This document shows, one piece after another, positions 39,134-50,691 of a DNA stretch of 64,000 nt (within the stretch, counting starts at the first letter, position 1; each line of letters opens with the position of its first letter). The DNA lies in contig CAVUKB010000007.1 of assembly GCA_963741955.1 (NCBI GenBank), positions 960,001 through 1,024,000 of the forward strand, given 5' to 3'. The stretch comes from an uncultured Acidobacteriota bacterium. Its GTDB lineage: Bacteria > Acidobacteriota > Thermoanaerobaculia > Gp7-AA8. A program made the position numbers and the translations under genes. The notes beneath the pieces are model-generated. The model made no database searches. It had not been told where the DNA came from and was given only the letters and a program-made list of their open reading frames with translations.

Positions 39134-40582
39134 TCACGCCGTGTGGACGCGGTTGCGACCGGCGCGCTTGGCTTCATACATCGCCTGGTCGGCGCGGTCC
39201 ATGGCGGAGCGCAGCGATCCTTCGAAGGGGTCGATCGAGACCACGCCGAAGCTTCCAGTAATCTTCTCCACTCCTTTGATACTGCTCCAATCCGCTTCTT
39301 CGAGCGCGAGACGCAAACGCTCCGCGACATTCTGCGCGGTGTCGACGTCAGTGGCGGGAAGGAGGACCGCGAATTCTTCGCCGCCGATCCTTCCGATCAC
39401 TTCTCCTTCGCGGAGCACGCCGCGGCAGAGCGAGCCGACCCGGGCGAGTACGCGGTCCCCGACGGCATGTCCGAGCTGATCGTTCACTTCCTTGAACCTG
39501 TCGACGTCGAGCGCCACGAGTGCGAGCGGAGCTCCCGCGCGCCGCGACCGCAGCCGTTCGCGCTCCGCGATCTCGAAAAAGATCGGCCGGCTGAACGCTC
39601 CGGTCAGAGGATCGAATCTCACCATGTCCCGCAGTCGTTGATTATCGGCATACAGACGCGGCACGGTGAGGTTGAACAGAGAGATTCCTGCGATGGCGAT
39701 CATTCCGGCCTGGAGGTTGAACGCATCCTCTTTCGTTCCGAAGAATGCTGCCGCGACCGCCACGACGCCTGCGAGGATCGCCACCGCCGCTACCGACCGC
39801 ACTGCCCCCTCCGTGTGCGCGATCCAGGTGAGGGGAACGAGCAGGACGTACACCGTGAGGGCAACCGGAATGTACAGTCCGGAGAGCGTTCCGAGGGCTG
39901 CCAGCGCGAGAGCGAGAGCGGCGGACGCGAGCAGCTTCAGCCCGAAGACGGGAAAGAGCGTGGTGGGGCTTCCGACCCGCCGCAGCCCTTCCAGCCATCC
40001 CGACGACTGCAGACCGAGAAGGATTGCGGCCCGGTCCGACAGGACGACGAAAAGCGGTGCGAGCGTCACCACGGCGACCAGGTCCCCGATCCCCCACGGG
40101 ATCCCGTCGCGCTGGAGACTGATCTGGGACGTCGGCTGGGTGAGAGCGATGCTCGTGATGCCGGCGATGGCCGCGAGCGTGGCGGCGAGCGTGGCGAACA
40201 CCAGGAATCCGAGCACTGCCCGGGGAGTGCCGAATCTCTCCTCACCGTACAGACGATTGAACAGAGAGGCTCCGAGCCAGTATGCGAGGGAGTGGGCGAG
40301 ACCGAACGCGACTCCGGAAACGATCTGTGTCGCCCAGCTGCTCGGTGGACCGTACAGAGAGGTGTTCTCGAATGTCGTGACCACCGCAGCCGCAATCACG
40401 GCAACCGCCGCGGACGGCCCCATGGTGAGGAACATGGCGAAGCTCAGACCCGCGGGAGGAAACCAGAGGCTGGCGAACGGAGTCTGAGAGAGAACCCGTC
40501 CCCATTGCCAGACGCCGACCCACGCGGCGGCGAGGCCGAGCTGGAGCCACCAGAACCGGGTCGATCTGAAGGACGTGCGCAT
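39134..40582 (-). CDS. MASE1-type membrane diguanylate cyclase
   Basis: SLWFPPAG multi-TM N-terminus. DPLTG, DVDRFKEVNDQLGHAVGD and RIGGEEF. Confidence 0.9.
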   Translation of the reverse strand: MRTSFRSTRFWWLQLGLAAAWVGVWQWGRVLSQTPFASLWFPPAGLSFAMFLTMGPSAAVAVIAAAVVTTFENTSLYGPPSSWATQIVSGVAFGLAHSLAYWLGASLFNRLYGEERFGTPRAVLGFLVFATLAATLAAIAGITSIALTQPTSQISLQRDGIPWGIGDLVAVVTLAPLFVVLSDRAAILLGLQSSGWLEGLRRVGSPTTLFPVFGLKLLASAALALALAALGTLSGLYIPVALTVYVLLVPLTWIAHTEGAVRSVAAVAILAGVVAVAAAFFGTKEDAFNLQAGMIAIAGISLFNLTVPRLYADNQRLRDMVRFDPLTGAFSRPIFFEIAERERLRSRRAGAPLALVALDVDRFKEVNDQLGHAVGDRVLARVGSLCRGVLREGEVIGRIGGEEFAVLLPATDVDTAQNVAERLRLALEEADWSSIKGVEKITGSFGVVSIDPFEGSLRSAMDRADQAMYEAKRAGRNRVHTA

Positions 40583-40922
40583 CGCGACGAAACAGACGCA
40601 GAACCGCGAGGCGGTTCGCAGTCACCCGAACAGTCTAGCCCGGATTTCTCACGCCGTCCCGAACGGAGCTCAGCGGTCCAGGACCGTGACGGAAAAAAGA
40701 GAGGATGGGTACGGCGAGCCGGCGCAGGTGCGGCGCGTCGGGACGGACCGAGCGCCGGCGAAAGGGAGAATCGTCGACGGCGAAGAGAGTTGCGAAGTGA
40801 GATTCGCGAAAAAGGGGCCGATCAGAGAAGCGTGCCGCACCGGCGTGACGAGCAGCGTCACGAACCGGTGCGGCGCGGCGAGAACCCGGAGTGGATCATG
40901 CGCCGCCTGGTGTTGAGATTCG

Positions 40923-43900
40923 TCAGCGGTTCGCCTTCTCCATCCGCATCTGGGTGAGTCGTGCGTCGATGGCGCGGAGAAGCGCCGAGTGCGCGGCGGC
41001 GAGCGCGCCAGCCGGCGCGTTGCCGCGGAGGGCCTTCTCGAATGCGGCGGTTTTCTCGCGGAGACCGAGGCGATCATCCTTCTCCCTGACGATGCTCTTC
41101 ACTGCGTTGCCGATCGCGCCACGATTTCTCTCCAGCAGGACCCGGTACGTCTTCTCATCGACCGAGCGTCTCGTGCTGAGATCCTCGAATCCCTTCAATG
41201 CGGCCTCGGCCGCCCTGATCCGGAAGCCCTTCACCATCCGGGTGAAGGTGATCGCATGTTCGGCGACGTTCTCCGCGAAGACGTCATCCGGTTTTTCGGA
41301 TCGAAGGCCGATGACGAATCCGGAGGCGGGAGCGACCGGCCCGAACTCGGTGAAGGTGACGGGAAAGACCCGCCCCGGCTTCGCGTCGAACGCACCGAAT
41401 GTCAGCTCGAGCCAGCGGCTCTCACCCGGCTTCATTCGAGCGAAGACGAGCTCGCCCTGACATCCCATCTCCTGTCGCTCCCCATCGACTCGTCCGATGA
41501 TGTGGAGCAGCCGGCAGATCTCCGGAGTGAGCTCGTAGAGGAGGTGCATGTCGCGCATCTTCGCCTGGCTGTTGCGGACGATGGCATACGCGGAGAGTCC
41601 GGCGGCGCCGGTCCCGGAGACGGTATCGATGTTTCGCTGTGCTTTGTTGTTGTCGATGGTGATCAGGGGGTCTGCCGGCCCCGGGGTCTGGCCGAGAAGA
41701 CTCGGCGCCTGCATCGGGTCAGTCGCCGCGTTGATCTCCACTCCGAGACAGACGTGGATCGAGGCGGAACTGTCGAGGTGCCACGGCACACCGGTGGCGA
41801 GGGTCTTCGTCAGGTCCATGGCGTTGAACGTGAGCGTTTGCGGACCTCCGACTGCGGAATAGCTCGTGCCGAGTCCGAAGTCCGCTACGTAGAACTGTGC
41901 CGTCACATCGGTCGGCGACACCGTGGGCGCGGCCGGAGCGCGGCGCGAGACCCGTACGAACGCCCAGTTGTCGCCTGCTGTACCGGTTCCCTTGCGGGCG
42001 AGATCGCCCTGCATCCAGTCATTGACCGGCGCGTTCGGAGGGGAAGCGGTCTGCTGACTCCAGACGTCACTGGTGTGGTAGAAGACGGGGTTTGTCGAGG
42101 GCTCGGCGCCGCTGTCGTGATTGGAGGCGCTGACGGTCCAGTCGCGAACGAAGAAGTCCGAAGGCTGTACCAGGGCATCTGCGTAGACGTTGATGCCGGG
42201 GCCGGGAGCGGTGACTCCCGGGGGAGGTGTGGCCGAGGCCCACGCGACGTAGTGGCGTCCGGCGATGGCGGCGTTTCCGTTGTAGTCGCCGTACTTCGGG
42301 CAGCCCAAGCCGGTCACGCAGCTCTCGCCCACCGGACATCCTCCGCCCGAGAAGTCGCAGGGTGCATTGGAGCCGCCGCCGATACCATTCCGGCAGCGGC
42401 CCGCCAGTTGCGGCTGGGTTGTGCACGTCTCGGAATCGTTCGTGCTGCGCGGGTTGCACGGCCACGAGGAGCATTGAGTATCCGTCACCTGGGAGATGTC
42501 GATCTGGGGTCCGGCGACCAGATTGCCTCCCTTGACCGCCGCGCTTCCTCCGAAATAGCGGGTCTGATCGTTCGTGGACGTGGCCATGGAGCGGTCGTAC
42601 CACGCGACGTATGCGACGCCGCCATAGGCGGAGAGCCAGGGCATGAAGCGCCTCCCCGTGACGGCGTTGTTCACCACGACCGAGCGAGGGAAGGTCGAGC
42701 CGCCGTTCATCGAATCGGCGACCATCACGTTCTCGTTGCCTCCGCCGGTGGAGGTTGCCCACGCGAAGTAGACGTGATTCGGGTCGAGATCGTCGACGGC
42801 GGCGGTCGGGCTGCTGAGAATGTTACCGCTGTTGCAACGGTCGAGGCCGGGCACCGGACAGACGACGGTGGTGAACGCAGCGACGGTCACCGGGAACCCC
42901 ACCTGCTGGACCAGGCCGGAGCTGCAGGAGCTGAACTTGTTCAGCATCGCGTTTCCGCCGTTGCGGTATGAGACGTAGACGAAGCCGTCGCTGCCGACGG
43001 TGACTCGGGGGAAGTCACCGGAGCCGACGTTCACGGTGGTGGTCCATGTGGCGGCACTGTCGGATGAGCAGGTCAGACGCATCGTCACGAATCCCGAAGC
43101 GATGGAAGAACAGCTCGTGGCCGTACCGCTGGGAGTGAAGTTCCGCCAGGCCGCGTAGAGCTGGTCATTTCCTCCGACGCTGTTGAATCGATCGGCGGCG
43201 ATGTGCTCCTGATCGGGAAAGCAGATCGATCCGGTATTGGGGCAGACGACCGAGTGGCTGGTGAAAGTGAAGAGCTGACCCCCATTGGTAGAGACCGAGA
43301 CGCTGTTGGAGCAGCCGGTCACTCCTCCGGCCGCGGCGGTACCGTTGGGGTATCCGATGAAGCCCCAGTACATGTTGCCGGAGGCGCCGAGCGCCAGCGA
43401 GGGATCGCCATCGGCGGGAAATCCGGCGGGCGAGCCCGCACCGCCGAGATTGAACGTCCCACCGCCATTACTGGACCATGCGCCGCCGGCGTTCGTGGCG
43501 AGAGCGACGTTCTGGCCGTTCGCGGAGGCGACGATCTCGAGCTCACCCAGGCCGGCACGCCCGTTGATCGGAACGCCGACTACGGTTTCGCCCGTTCCGC
43601 CAGTCGGTCGTGAACTTTCCCGGTTCGGACCTCCCTGCGGCGCCGGCGACGTCGCGGGTGGAGGAGTGGCTTCGGCCCGCCGCCTCTGCAGTTCGAGCGC
43701 TTCGCGGGCCGAGATCTTCTCGTTGCCGGGTCGTGAAGGACGGGCGGTGCGTCCGATTGCCAGTGCTTCATCCGCGACGCTCAGCGGGACACCGGGGCGA
43801 AGAGTCGTCTCCATGCGGATCAGGCGGTCGGCCGCTGCGATCGCGGTGGTCACCCAGATCGTATCCTGTGTGACGAGGGGTCGACCCTCCTTCTCGTCTT

Positions 43901-44261
43901 CACGACCGGTGGTGGGAAATGGGTAGCGGTAGACGCGCTCGTAAGCCGGCCAGCCGGCGATGATTCCGAACTTTCCCGTCTCCGGTTGCTCGAGGGCGAT
44001 CTGAGAGAGACGGTTCAGTGCATCGGTATGATCGAGTCGTGGCTCGAACGTGACGAGCATGTGAGCATCGACGGCGCCCTTTTCTTCTCCGGGTCGAACC
44101 AGCTCGATCGCATTGCGGGTTCGATCGCTGAGCACCCAGTACGGAGGAACGGTCAAGGATACGACGTCGTCCAGGCGAACCTCCTTTCCCTGTTGAGCCG
44201 CGAGGGGGAGAGTAAGGGAGAAGAACGCGAGGAAGGCAACGAGAGGACGCAGGATACGCAT
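40923..44261 (-). CDS. Large secreted Cys-rich sialidase/BNR-like beta-propeller protein
   Basis: Signal peptide, BNR-like SSNGGGTF, STNGGQLF, SMNGGSTF, then GDYNG and NNKAQRN. Many paired Cys. Confidence 0.75.
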   Translation of the reverse strand: MRILRPLVAFLAFFSLTLPLAAQQGKEVRLDDVVSLTVPPYWVLSDRTRNAIELVRPGEEKGAVDAHMLVTFEPRLDHTDALNRLSQIALEQPETGKFGIIAGWPAYERVYRYPFPTTGREDEKEGRPLVTQDTIWVTTAIAAADRLIRMETTLRPGVPLSVADEALAIGRTARPSRPGNEKISAREALELQRRRAEATPPPATSPAPQGGPNRESSRPTGGTGETVVGVPINGRAGLGELEIVASANGQNVALATNAGGAWSSNGGGTFNLGGAGSPAGFPADGDPSLALGASGNMYWGFIGYPNGTAAAGGVTGCSNSVSVSTNGGQLFTFTSHSVVCPNTGSICFPDQEHIAADRFNSVGGNDQLYAAWRNFTPSGTATSCSSIASGFVTMRLTCSSDSAATWTTTVNVGSGDFPRVTVGSDGFVYVSYRNGGNAMLNKFSSCSSGLVQQVGFPVTVAAFTTVVCPVPGLDRCNSGNILSSPTAAVDDLDPNHVYFAWATSTGGGNENVMVADSMNGGSTFPRSVVVNNAVTGRRFMPWLSAYGGVAYVAWYDRSMATSTNDQTRYFGGSAAVKGGNLVAGPQIDISQVTDTQCSSWPCNPRSTNDSETCTTQPQLAGRCRNGIGGGSNAPCDFSGGGCPVGESCVTGLGCPKYGDYNGNAAIAGRHYVAWASATPPPGVTAPGPGINVYADALVQPSDFFVRDWTVSASNHDSGAEPSTNPVFYHTSDVWSQQTASPPNAPVNDWMQGDLARKGTGTAGDNWAFVRVSRRAPAAPTVSPTDVTAQFYVADFGLGTSYSAVGGPQTLTFNAMDLTKTLATGVPWHLDSSASIHVCLGVEINAATDPMQAPSLLGQTPGPADPLITIDNNKAQRNIDTVSGTGAAGLSAYAIVRNSQAKMRDMHLLYELTPEICRLLHIIGRVDGERQEMGCQGELVFARMKPGESRWLELTFGAFDAKPGRVFPVTFTEFGPVAPASGFVIGLRSEKPDDVFAENVAEHAITFTRMVKGFRIRAAEAALKGFEDLSTRRSVDEKTYRVLLERNRGAIGNAVKSIVREKDDRLGLREKTAAFEKALRGNAPAGALAAAHSALLRAIDARLTQMRMEKANR

Positions 44262-44945
44262 GAAGATCCTCCACAATCGGCCGGTCGTCGGGGATCGGGC
44301 GGACGGACCGGGAGGTCGCGAGATCCGGACGGCCGAGATCGACGACTGAGTGTCAGGCGTCGCATCGCTTCGCGGTGACGGGCGACGCCACGGGCGGTGC
44401 GAGCAATTGTTCAGGTGATGAGAACAAGCTCGGTGCTCCGTCGCCGACTGGCAACTGGGAACAGTTGGTAGATCCCGCTATTCGTTGGTTGGATCCGCTG
44501 TCGCCGCAGAGATCACCGTTGCGGTTCGCATACGGCCGAGTTCACGCGCAAACGGCTCGGTTCGTGCGCCGGTGATGAGGAGGAGACTCTTGACCGGGAC
44601 GACGTTGCAATCATCGACGCCGGGGAGGGAGGGCGGCCTCCCGCTCACGCCTGCCGGCCTCCGCGTCGCCCGCGAGGATCACTTCCGATGGACGTCGTCT
44701 GAAGGATCTCGGCCAGAAGACCGGATGGCCCGAACTCAAGGGGCACTGTGGGTGTTCACAGAGCCGATGCGCGGAGTGACTGCGCATCTGCCGCAGGTGT
44801 CGTCTCGTTGCGTTCTGAAGGCGATCTGCGCGGCCAAATTCGTTTGGATTTGAGGTGCATAGCGGTGGCTACTCGCCGAAGATCCGGACGGATTTGGACC
44901 GCTGATCCGCTTTCGCAGTAGGACTGTTTCTACCGCGCAGACTCC

Positions 44946-45128
44946 TAGCCCGCATTTCTCACACCATCTCTGCTGCGGAGCCGGATAGCGGCCTGTCTGC
45001 TGCGTTGAGCTCCGCTCCGGCTCCTCGACATAGTCACCGCTATGCCTTCGTCGCCGAAGCTGCGCGCGCCTTGCATCCAGGCCACTCTCCGCCTCCTCGC
45101 GACGAGACGGTATGAGAAATGCGGGCTA
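44946..45128. mobile_element. ~183-bp MITE-like long hairpin element
   Basis: Terminal inverted repeats tagcccgcatttctcacacc / ggtatgagaaatgcgggcta (19/20). The arms continue to pair imperfectly inward. Confidence 0.7.
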
Positions 45129-45148
45129 ACCGGATCGGGAGGCGAACC

Positions 45149-45949
45149 TCACCGCTTCGCGATGGTGATGCCGCCGTTGGTGGTCTTCAGCTCGAGGAGC
45201 GGTCCGCCGCCGTTGATGGTTCCTTCGAGCCGGGTCCGACTGAAATTGGTCGAAGTGATCGGGAAGTCGGTGGAGATCGCTCCGTTCGTCGTTCCTGCAT
45301 CGACCTCACCGCGGTAGCCTTCCGGCAGCGCCACGTGGATCCGTCCGTTCGTGGTGTGGAAGCGCATCGGCTTCGCTCCGGAGATCTGACGCAACTCGGC
45401 ATGAATGGAGCCGTTGGTCGTTTGCGCGCTCACGGATCCGGCGAGATTGGCGACTTCGATCGAGCCGTTCGTCGTCTCGAACTTCAACTCACCCGAAAGG
45501 TCCTTCGCTTCGACCCGTCCGTTGACCGTCTCCACCTGGACGTCGAATGACGAGGGGACCGTGACTTCGTAACGGACCTCATAGTCGACGTTCGAGCCGG
45601 AGAGCCAGTCGAGGAATCCGCCCCCCGATCCGTGCGGCCGTCGGGTCTCGACCACCAGCCCGCCGTCCTTCGGCGTGACTTCGATCTTCAGCTCCTTCAT
45701 CGCGTCGCGTGCCGCGTCGCCGTGCGCCTTGATGACTTTCTCGGCCCGGATGCGCACCGAAGGACGCTCCCAGGACGAGAGGTGGATCGAGCCGTTCTCG
45801 TTCGAGAGGACGAGGTGGGCTCCCGGTTTGACCGGGTAGCTCTGGTCGAAGTTTTCGGTGAGGGTCTCCGCCGAGAGTGTCGCGGCGGTGGTTACGACGG
45901 CGAGGGCGATACCGATGCCCCGCAGCCGGGCGCGTCGAAGAGTTCGCAT
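45149..45949 (-). CDS. DUF4097 (adhesin-like beta-strand repeat) exported protein
   Basis: Signal peptide and repeated xTxNGxI motifs. GGAGG RBS. Confidence 0.88.
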   Translation of the reverse strand: MRTLRRARLRGIGIALAVVTTAATLSAETLTENFDQSYPVKPGAHLVLSNENGSIHLSSWERPSVRIRAEKVIKAHGDAARDAMKELKIEVTPKDGGLVVETRRPHGSGGGFLDWLSGSNVDYEVRYEVTVPSSFDVQVETVNGRVEAKDLSGELKFETTNGSIEVANLAGSVSAQTTNGSIHAELRQISGAKPMRFHTTNGRIHVALPEGYRGEVDAGTTNGAISTDFPITSTNFSRTRLEGTINGGGPLLELKTTNGGITIAKR

Positions 45950-46039
45950 GAGTCACCTCCTGTTGGAGGAAGGTACGGAATCGGGAGCGGCGAGGTTTCA
46001 GATCACGGGCGCAAACCGCTCGACCCGCGTGGGCGAGAG

Positions 46040-49000
46040 TCAGGAGCTCTCGGCGAGGATGGCCGAAAGAGTCTGCAGGAGTGTGGCGGCGGAGTAGGGC
46101 TTCGAGAGAAGCGTCTGGATCCCGAGACTTTTCGCGGTCGCCACGTTTTCGCCCGCCGCGAGGCCGCTCGTGCCGATGATCGCCAGCGCAGGGTTGATTT
46201 TCCGGAGCACACGGATCGTGGCGGGACCATCCATGACCGGCATCATCATGTCGATGATCACCAGTCGGATCCGTCCCTGCACCTTCGCGTAGAGTGAGAT
46301 CGCTTCGGCGCCGTCGGCGGCGACCAGCGCGCGGTACCCGAATGCTTCCAGCGTCTGCTGGGTCACTTCCCGGACCGCGATCTCGTCGTCGACGACCAGA
46401 ATGAGCTCTCCGCGACCGGCGGGAAGCTCGGTCTCTCCAGGGAGCGAGGAATCGGTCGCACGAGAGCGGACGGAGGGGAGGTAGACGGTGAATCGGGATC
46501 CCCGACCGGGATCGTTGTAAACGCGCATGAAGCCGCCGTGACTTCGGACGATGGCCAGCGAAGTCGAAAGCCCGAGCCCCGTCCCTTTCCCGATCTCCTT
46601 GGTGGTGAAGAAAGGCTCGAAGATCTTGTCCAGAATCTCGGGAGGAATTCCGGGACCCGTGTCTTCGACGTCGATCTCGACGTAGCTTCCGGGAGCGGCT
46701 CCGGAAACCATCCCCGCATAGTTCTGGTCGATCTCGACGTTCTTGGCGGAAAGAGCCAGAGTCCCACCGGTCGGCATGGCGTCGCGAGCGTTCACGGCGA
46801 GATTCATGATGACCTGATGGAGCTGAGTCGGACGCCGCTGACGGTCCAGAGATCCGGCGATATGTCGGTCGTCACGTGGATGGTCTTGAGGAAGGTGTCG
46901 TTGACGATCTTCGCAATTTCCGAGAGGAGTTTTCCCGCGTCGACCTCGATCCGTCGACCTTCCACTCCGCGGGCGAACGCGAGGACCTGCTTGACCATGT
47001 TTGCGCCACGCCGGACTCCGGCCATCATTCTGGCCAGTGTCTCTCGGCGTTTCGGATCGGTCTCGCCGCGGGAGAGGACGTCGATCGACATCATGATCGG
47101 CGCGAGGACGTTATTGAGATCATGGGCGATTCCTCCCGCCAGTGTCCCGATGCTCTCCATACGCTGGGCGCGGAGGAACTGCTCCTCGAGACGTTTGCGC
47201 TCGGTGATGTCCTCGAGCACGACCATGGTTCCCACCGGGCTACCCGCGTCATCGCGGATCGCACCCGAACTGATGCTGGCCTGGATCCGCTCTCCGTTCC
47301 TCTTCTGGCGGGCCTGAATCTCGCTGAGCACGGGACCCTGACCGACGACACGCGCGATCATGGCGAGAAACTCCTCGCGAACTTCTTCCGGAACGCTCGG
47401 ACAGAATCGTCCGATGGCCTCTTCCGGACTCCAGCCGAACATTCGCCGCGCTCCTTCGTTCCATTCGGTGACCCGACCTTCGAGATCGAGTCCGAGGATG
47501 GCCACCGGCGCGGCGTCGAAGATCGTCTGGAGAGTCTCCTTCGCCTTTCGCAGTCCCTCCTCGGCGAGTTTCCGTTCGGTGATGTCCTCGAGCATTCCGA
47601 TGATGAAGCGAGGCCCGGTGTCGTCGCGCACGAGAGTGGAGGTGAGAAATCCCCACATCCAGCTTCCATCCTTCCGGCGGTAGCGTTTCTCCATCTGAAA
47701 CCGGTCGAGCGTTCCCTCGACCATCTCGTCCCACGTCTCGCGATCGATCCGGTAATCGTCCGGATGGCTCACGTCGGACACGGTCATTCCCCGCAGCTCC
47801 TCCACGTCGTATCCGAACATCCGGGCGAGAGCCGCGTTCGAGCGGAGGATCGTGCCGTCGACGTGATCGACGATCGCCAGCCCGATTCCCGCTCGCTCGA
47901 AGATGGCGCGGAACTGTGCCTCGCTATGGGCCAGAGCGATGGCGGCTCTCTTGCGCTCGGTCGTCTCGCGGAAGACTCCCTGCACCGCGACCGGCTTTCC
48001 CTCCTCGAGCACCAGGCTGCTCAGGACCTCGACCCAGATCAGGGATCCGTCGTTGCGGCGAAGCCGGAACTCCATCAGCTCCCCGTCGGAACCGGTTCGG
48101 AGGATCTGTCTCATTCCTGCGCCGGCCCTCGCCAGATCGTCGTCGTTCGTGACGAGGTGGGAGAAATCGAGAGATCTGATCTCGTCGAGCGAGTAGCCGA
48201 AGGCCCGGAGTGCGGCCGGATTCGCGTCGAGAAAGTGACCCTCGAGATCGCACACGAAGACTCCGTCGAGGGAACGGTCGAACAGCGCGCGGTAACGCTC
48301 CGCGGTGCTCCGGCTTCGGAGCTCGGCCTCCTTCCGGCGGGTGATGTCCTCGAGGACGGTGATGAAGTAATTCGGCTTGCCGGCGGCGTCACGCAGCAGT
48401 CTGGTGGCCAGACTGACCCACACGGTCCGGCCATCTTTGCGACGGTACCGCTTCTCCATCGCGGCCTGTTCGGTGTCGCCGGAGAGCAACGCGTCACGCT
48501 CGTTCATCGTACGTTCGATGTCTTCGATCACCGTCAGCTCGGTGAACGACATTCCGATCAGCTCCTCCCGCGAGTATCCGACGATCCCGCAGAAGCGGTC
48601 GTTGACCAGAAGGAGGCGGCCGGTGGGCGAGACGTGAGCAATGCCGACCGCCGCCTGTTCGAACGTTGCGCGGAAGCGCTCCTCACTCTCCCGGAGCGCT
48701 CGCGCGCTGGCCTCGCGCTCGATGGCGTAGCGCACGACCCGGGCCACCACGCCCTCGCCGATTCGCCTCTTCGGAAGATAATCCTGCGCTGCTGCACGGA
48801 TCGCATGAAGGGCGACGACGTCATCGTCGTTTCCGGAGAGAACGACGATCGGTGTGCCGGTCGCCGCATCCTTCAACTGCAGCAGGCTATCCAGGCCCTG
48901 ACTGTCGGGAAGATTCAGGTCGAGCACCAGAGCGTCGTACTTTCTCTGGCCGAGTTTAGAGAGGGCATCGTGGAGAGTTTCCACGTGTGCCACGCCGAAC

Positions 49001-49095
49001 GACGTTCCCGTCGAGTCCTCCAGATCCTGCCGAATGATGAACGCGTCGCTCGGACTGTCTTCGATCAGCAGAACGCGAAGCCCTTCAGCGTCCAT
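46040..49095 (-). pseudogene. Hybrid kinase REC-4xPAS-HisKA-HATPase-REC split by a 1-bp frameshift near 46832 (pseudogene or sequence error)
   Basis: The upstream frame ends LWTVSG-VRLSSIRSS*. Adding one base restores GDPTQLHQVIMNLAVNARDAM, continuous with ORF 46040-46807. Confidence 0.85.
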
Positions 49096-49546
49096 GAACG
49101 CTCCCGAGCGGAAGGCGGGCGACCTGCAGCCAGAATCGCTCGATCGAGCGGATTGCGTCGGCGAAGGCATCGAACCCGAATGGCTTGAACACGTAACAAT
49201 TGGCGTGCAATGCGTAGGCATTGTTCACGTCGGCATCGCGCCGGGACGTGGTCAGAACCACCACCGGAATCTCTTTCAGCCCGGGATCGGTCTTGATCTG
49301 CTCGAGGAGGGCGTGTCCTCCCATGCGGGGAAGGTTCAGATCGAGCAGGATCAGGTCGGGACGCGCGGCTTCGACGTAGCGTCCTTCGCGCCGGAGGAAC
49401 TCCAACGCCTCGATGCCGTCTTCGGCGACGTGCATCTCATGTGCGATCCCACAGTCGCGAAGCGCTTCACCCGTCAGCATCACGTCGGTCGCGTTGTCTT
49501 CGACCATCAGAATGAGCACGCGGTGCGTACCGCTCCCGTCGTTCAT
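49085..49546 (-). CDS. Single-domain response regulator (Rcp1-like)
   Basis: VEDN, PDLILLDLNLPRMGG, VVVLTTS, YALHANCYVFKP and IERFWL. Confidence 0.9.
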   Translation of the reverse strand: MNDGSGTHRVLILMVEDNATDVMLTGEALRDCGIAHEMHVAEDGIEALEFLRREGRYVEAARPDLILLDLNLPRMGGHALLEQIKTDPGLKEIPVVVLTTSRRDADVNNAYALHANCYVFKPFGFDAFADAIRSIERFWLQVARLPLGSVHGR

Positions 49547-50691
49547 CGTTCCGTCCCCCCGCCGGGAAGGAGGAACGAGAACGTCGAACCTTCGCCGGGT
49601 GTCGAATCCACCCAGATACGCCCGCCGTGACGCTCGATCACTTTTCTGCAGATTGGCAGACCGACGCCGGTCCCGGGATACCGGGCGCGGGGATGGAGGC
49701 GCTGAAAGAGGCCGAAGATTTTCTCCAAGAACCGGGTCTCGATTCCGATGCCGTTATCGGCGACCGAGATGATCCATCCCTCCCGCTCCCGTTGCGCGGA
49801 AATATGGATCTTCAGAGGGCATTCGCTGCGGAACTTGATCGCGTTGCCGATCAGATTCTCGAAGACCTGGGAAAGCTGACGACGATCTCCCGACACGACG
49901 GGCAGCTCTCCGCGAGTGACGACGGCACCGGTCCGGGCGATGGTGGCGGCGAGTGAAGACAATGCCCGGTCGAGCGCCCCGTCAAGATCGACCCGCCTCT
50001 TCTCCAGGTGCGGCCGTCCCACGCGCGAATACTCGAGCAGGTCCTCGATCAGGTTCTGCATGCGCATGCTGCTCTCGACGGCGAGGGAGATCAGCTCCCG
50101 GGCGTCCGTGTTCAGCTGCGGGCCGTGGCGCTTCTGGAGCAACTCGACGCAGCCGACCACGCCACGGAGCGGTTCCTGCAGGTCGTGTGATGCGACGAAG
50201 GCGAATTGTTCCAGCTCGGCGTTCGACCGAGCCAGCTCTTCGGTCCTGCGCCAGGCTTCCGCCTCCAGGCGCTTTCGGTCCGTGATGTCGCGGGCGATCT
50301 TCGAGGCTCCGACCACCCGGCCCGTCTCATCGTGAATCGGCGAGATCGTGACCGAGACGTCGATCGGCTCCCCATTTTTCCGGAGCCGCACGGTCTCGTA
50401 GTGGACCACGTGCTCGCCGCGCGCGATTCGGCTCAGAATGTTCTGCTCCTCGCCGTGGCGGTCGGACGGGAAGAGGATCAGGATCGGCTTTCCGACGATC
50501 TCGGCCGCGGTGTATCCGAAAATTCTTTCGGCAGCCGGATTCCAGCTGGTGACGACTCCGTCGAGCGTCTTACTGATGATTGCATCGTCCGAAGATTGGA
50601 TGATGGACGCGAGATGGAGGCCTTCGATTCCCGCGGCCGCGGGCCGGGGGTCCGGCCTCGAGGAATACGACTTCTTTGCGGTACGCCTCAT
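49543..50691 (-). CDS. PAS sensor histidine kinase
   Basis: PAS IIQSSDDAIISKTLDG, then SNAELEQFAFVASHDLQEPLR, NLIGNAIKF and GTGVGL. Confidence 0.9.
   Translation of the reverse strand: MRRTAKKSYSSRPDPRPAAAGIEGLHLASIIQSSDDAIISKTLDGVVTSWNPAAERIFGYTAAEIVGKPILILFPSDRHGEEQNILSRIARGEHVVHYETVRLRKNGEPIDVSVTISPIHDETGRVVGASKIARDITDRKRLEAEAWRRTEELARSNAELEQFAFVASHDLQEPLRGVVGCVELLQKRHGPQLNTDARELISLAVESSMRMQNLIEDLLEYSRVGRPHLEKRRVDLDGALDRALSSLAATIARTGAVVTRGELPVVSGDRRQLSQVFENLIGNAIKFRSECPLKIHISAQREREGWIISVADNGIGIETRFLEKIFGLFQRLHPRARYPGTGVGLPICRKVIERHGGRIWVDSTPGEGSTFSFLLPGGGTER

Noticed and set aside
44946-45128. Integron attC site
   Set aside because: No clear RYYYAAC...GTTRRRY core sites at the ends, no cassette array, and no integron integrase.
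49543-50691. Bacteriophytochrome
   Set aside because: The kinase core and Rcp1-like regulator resemble Cph1 systems, but there is only one PAS domain and no GAF/PHY chromophore module.
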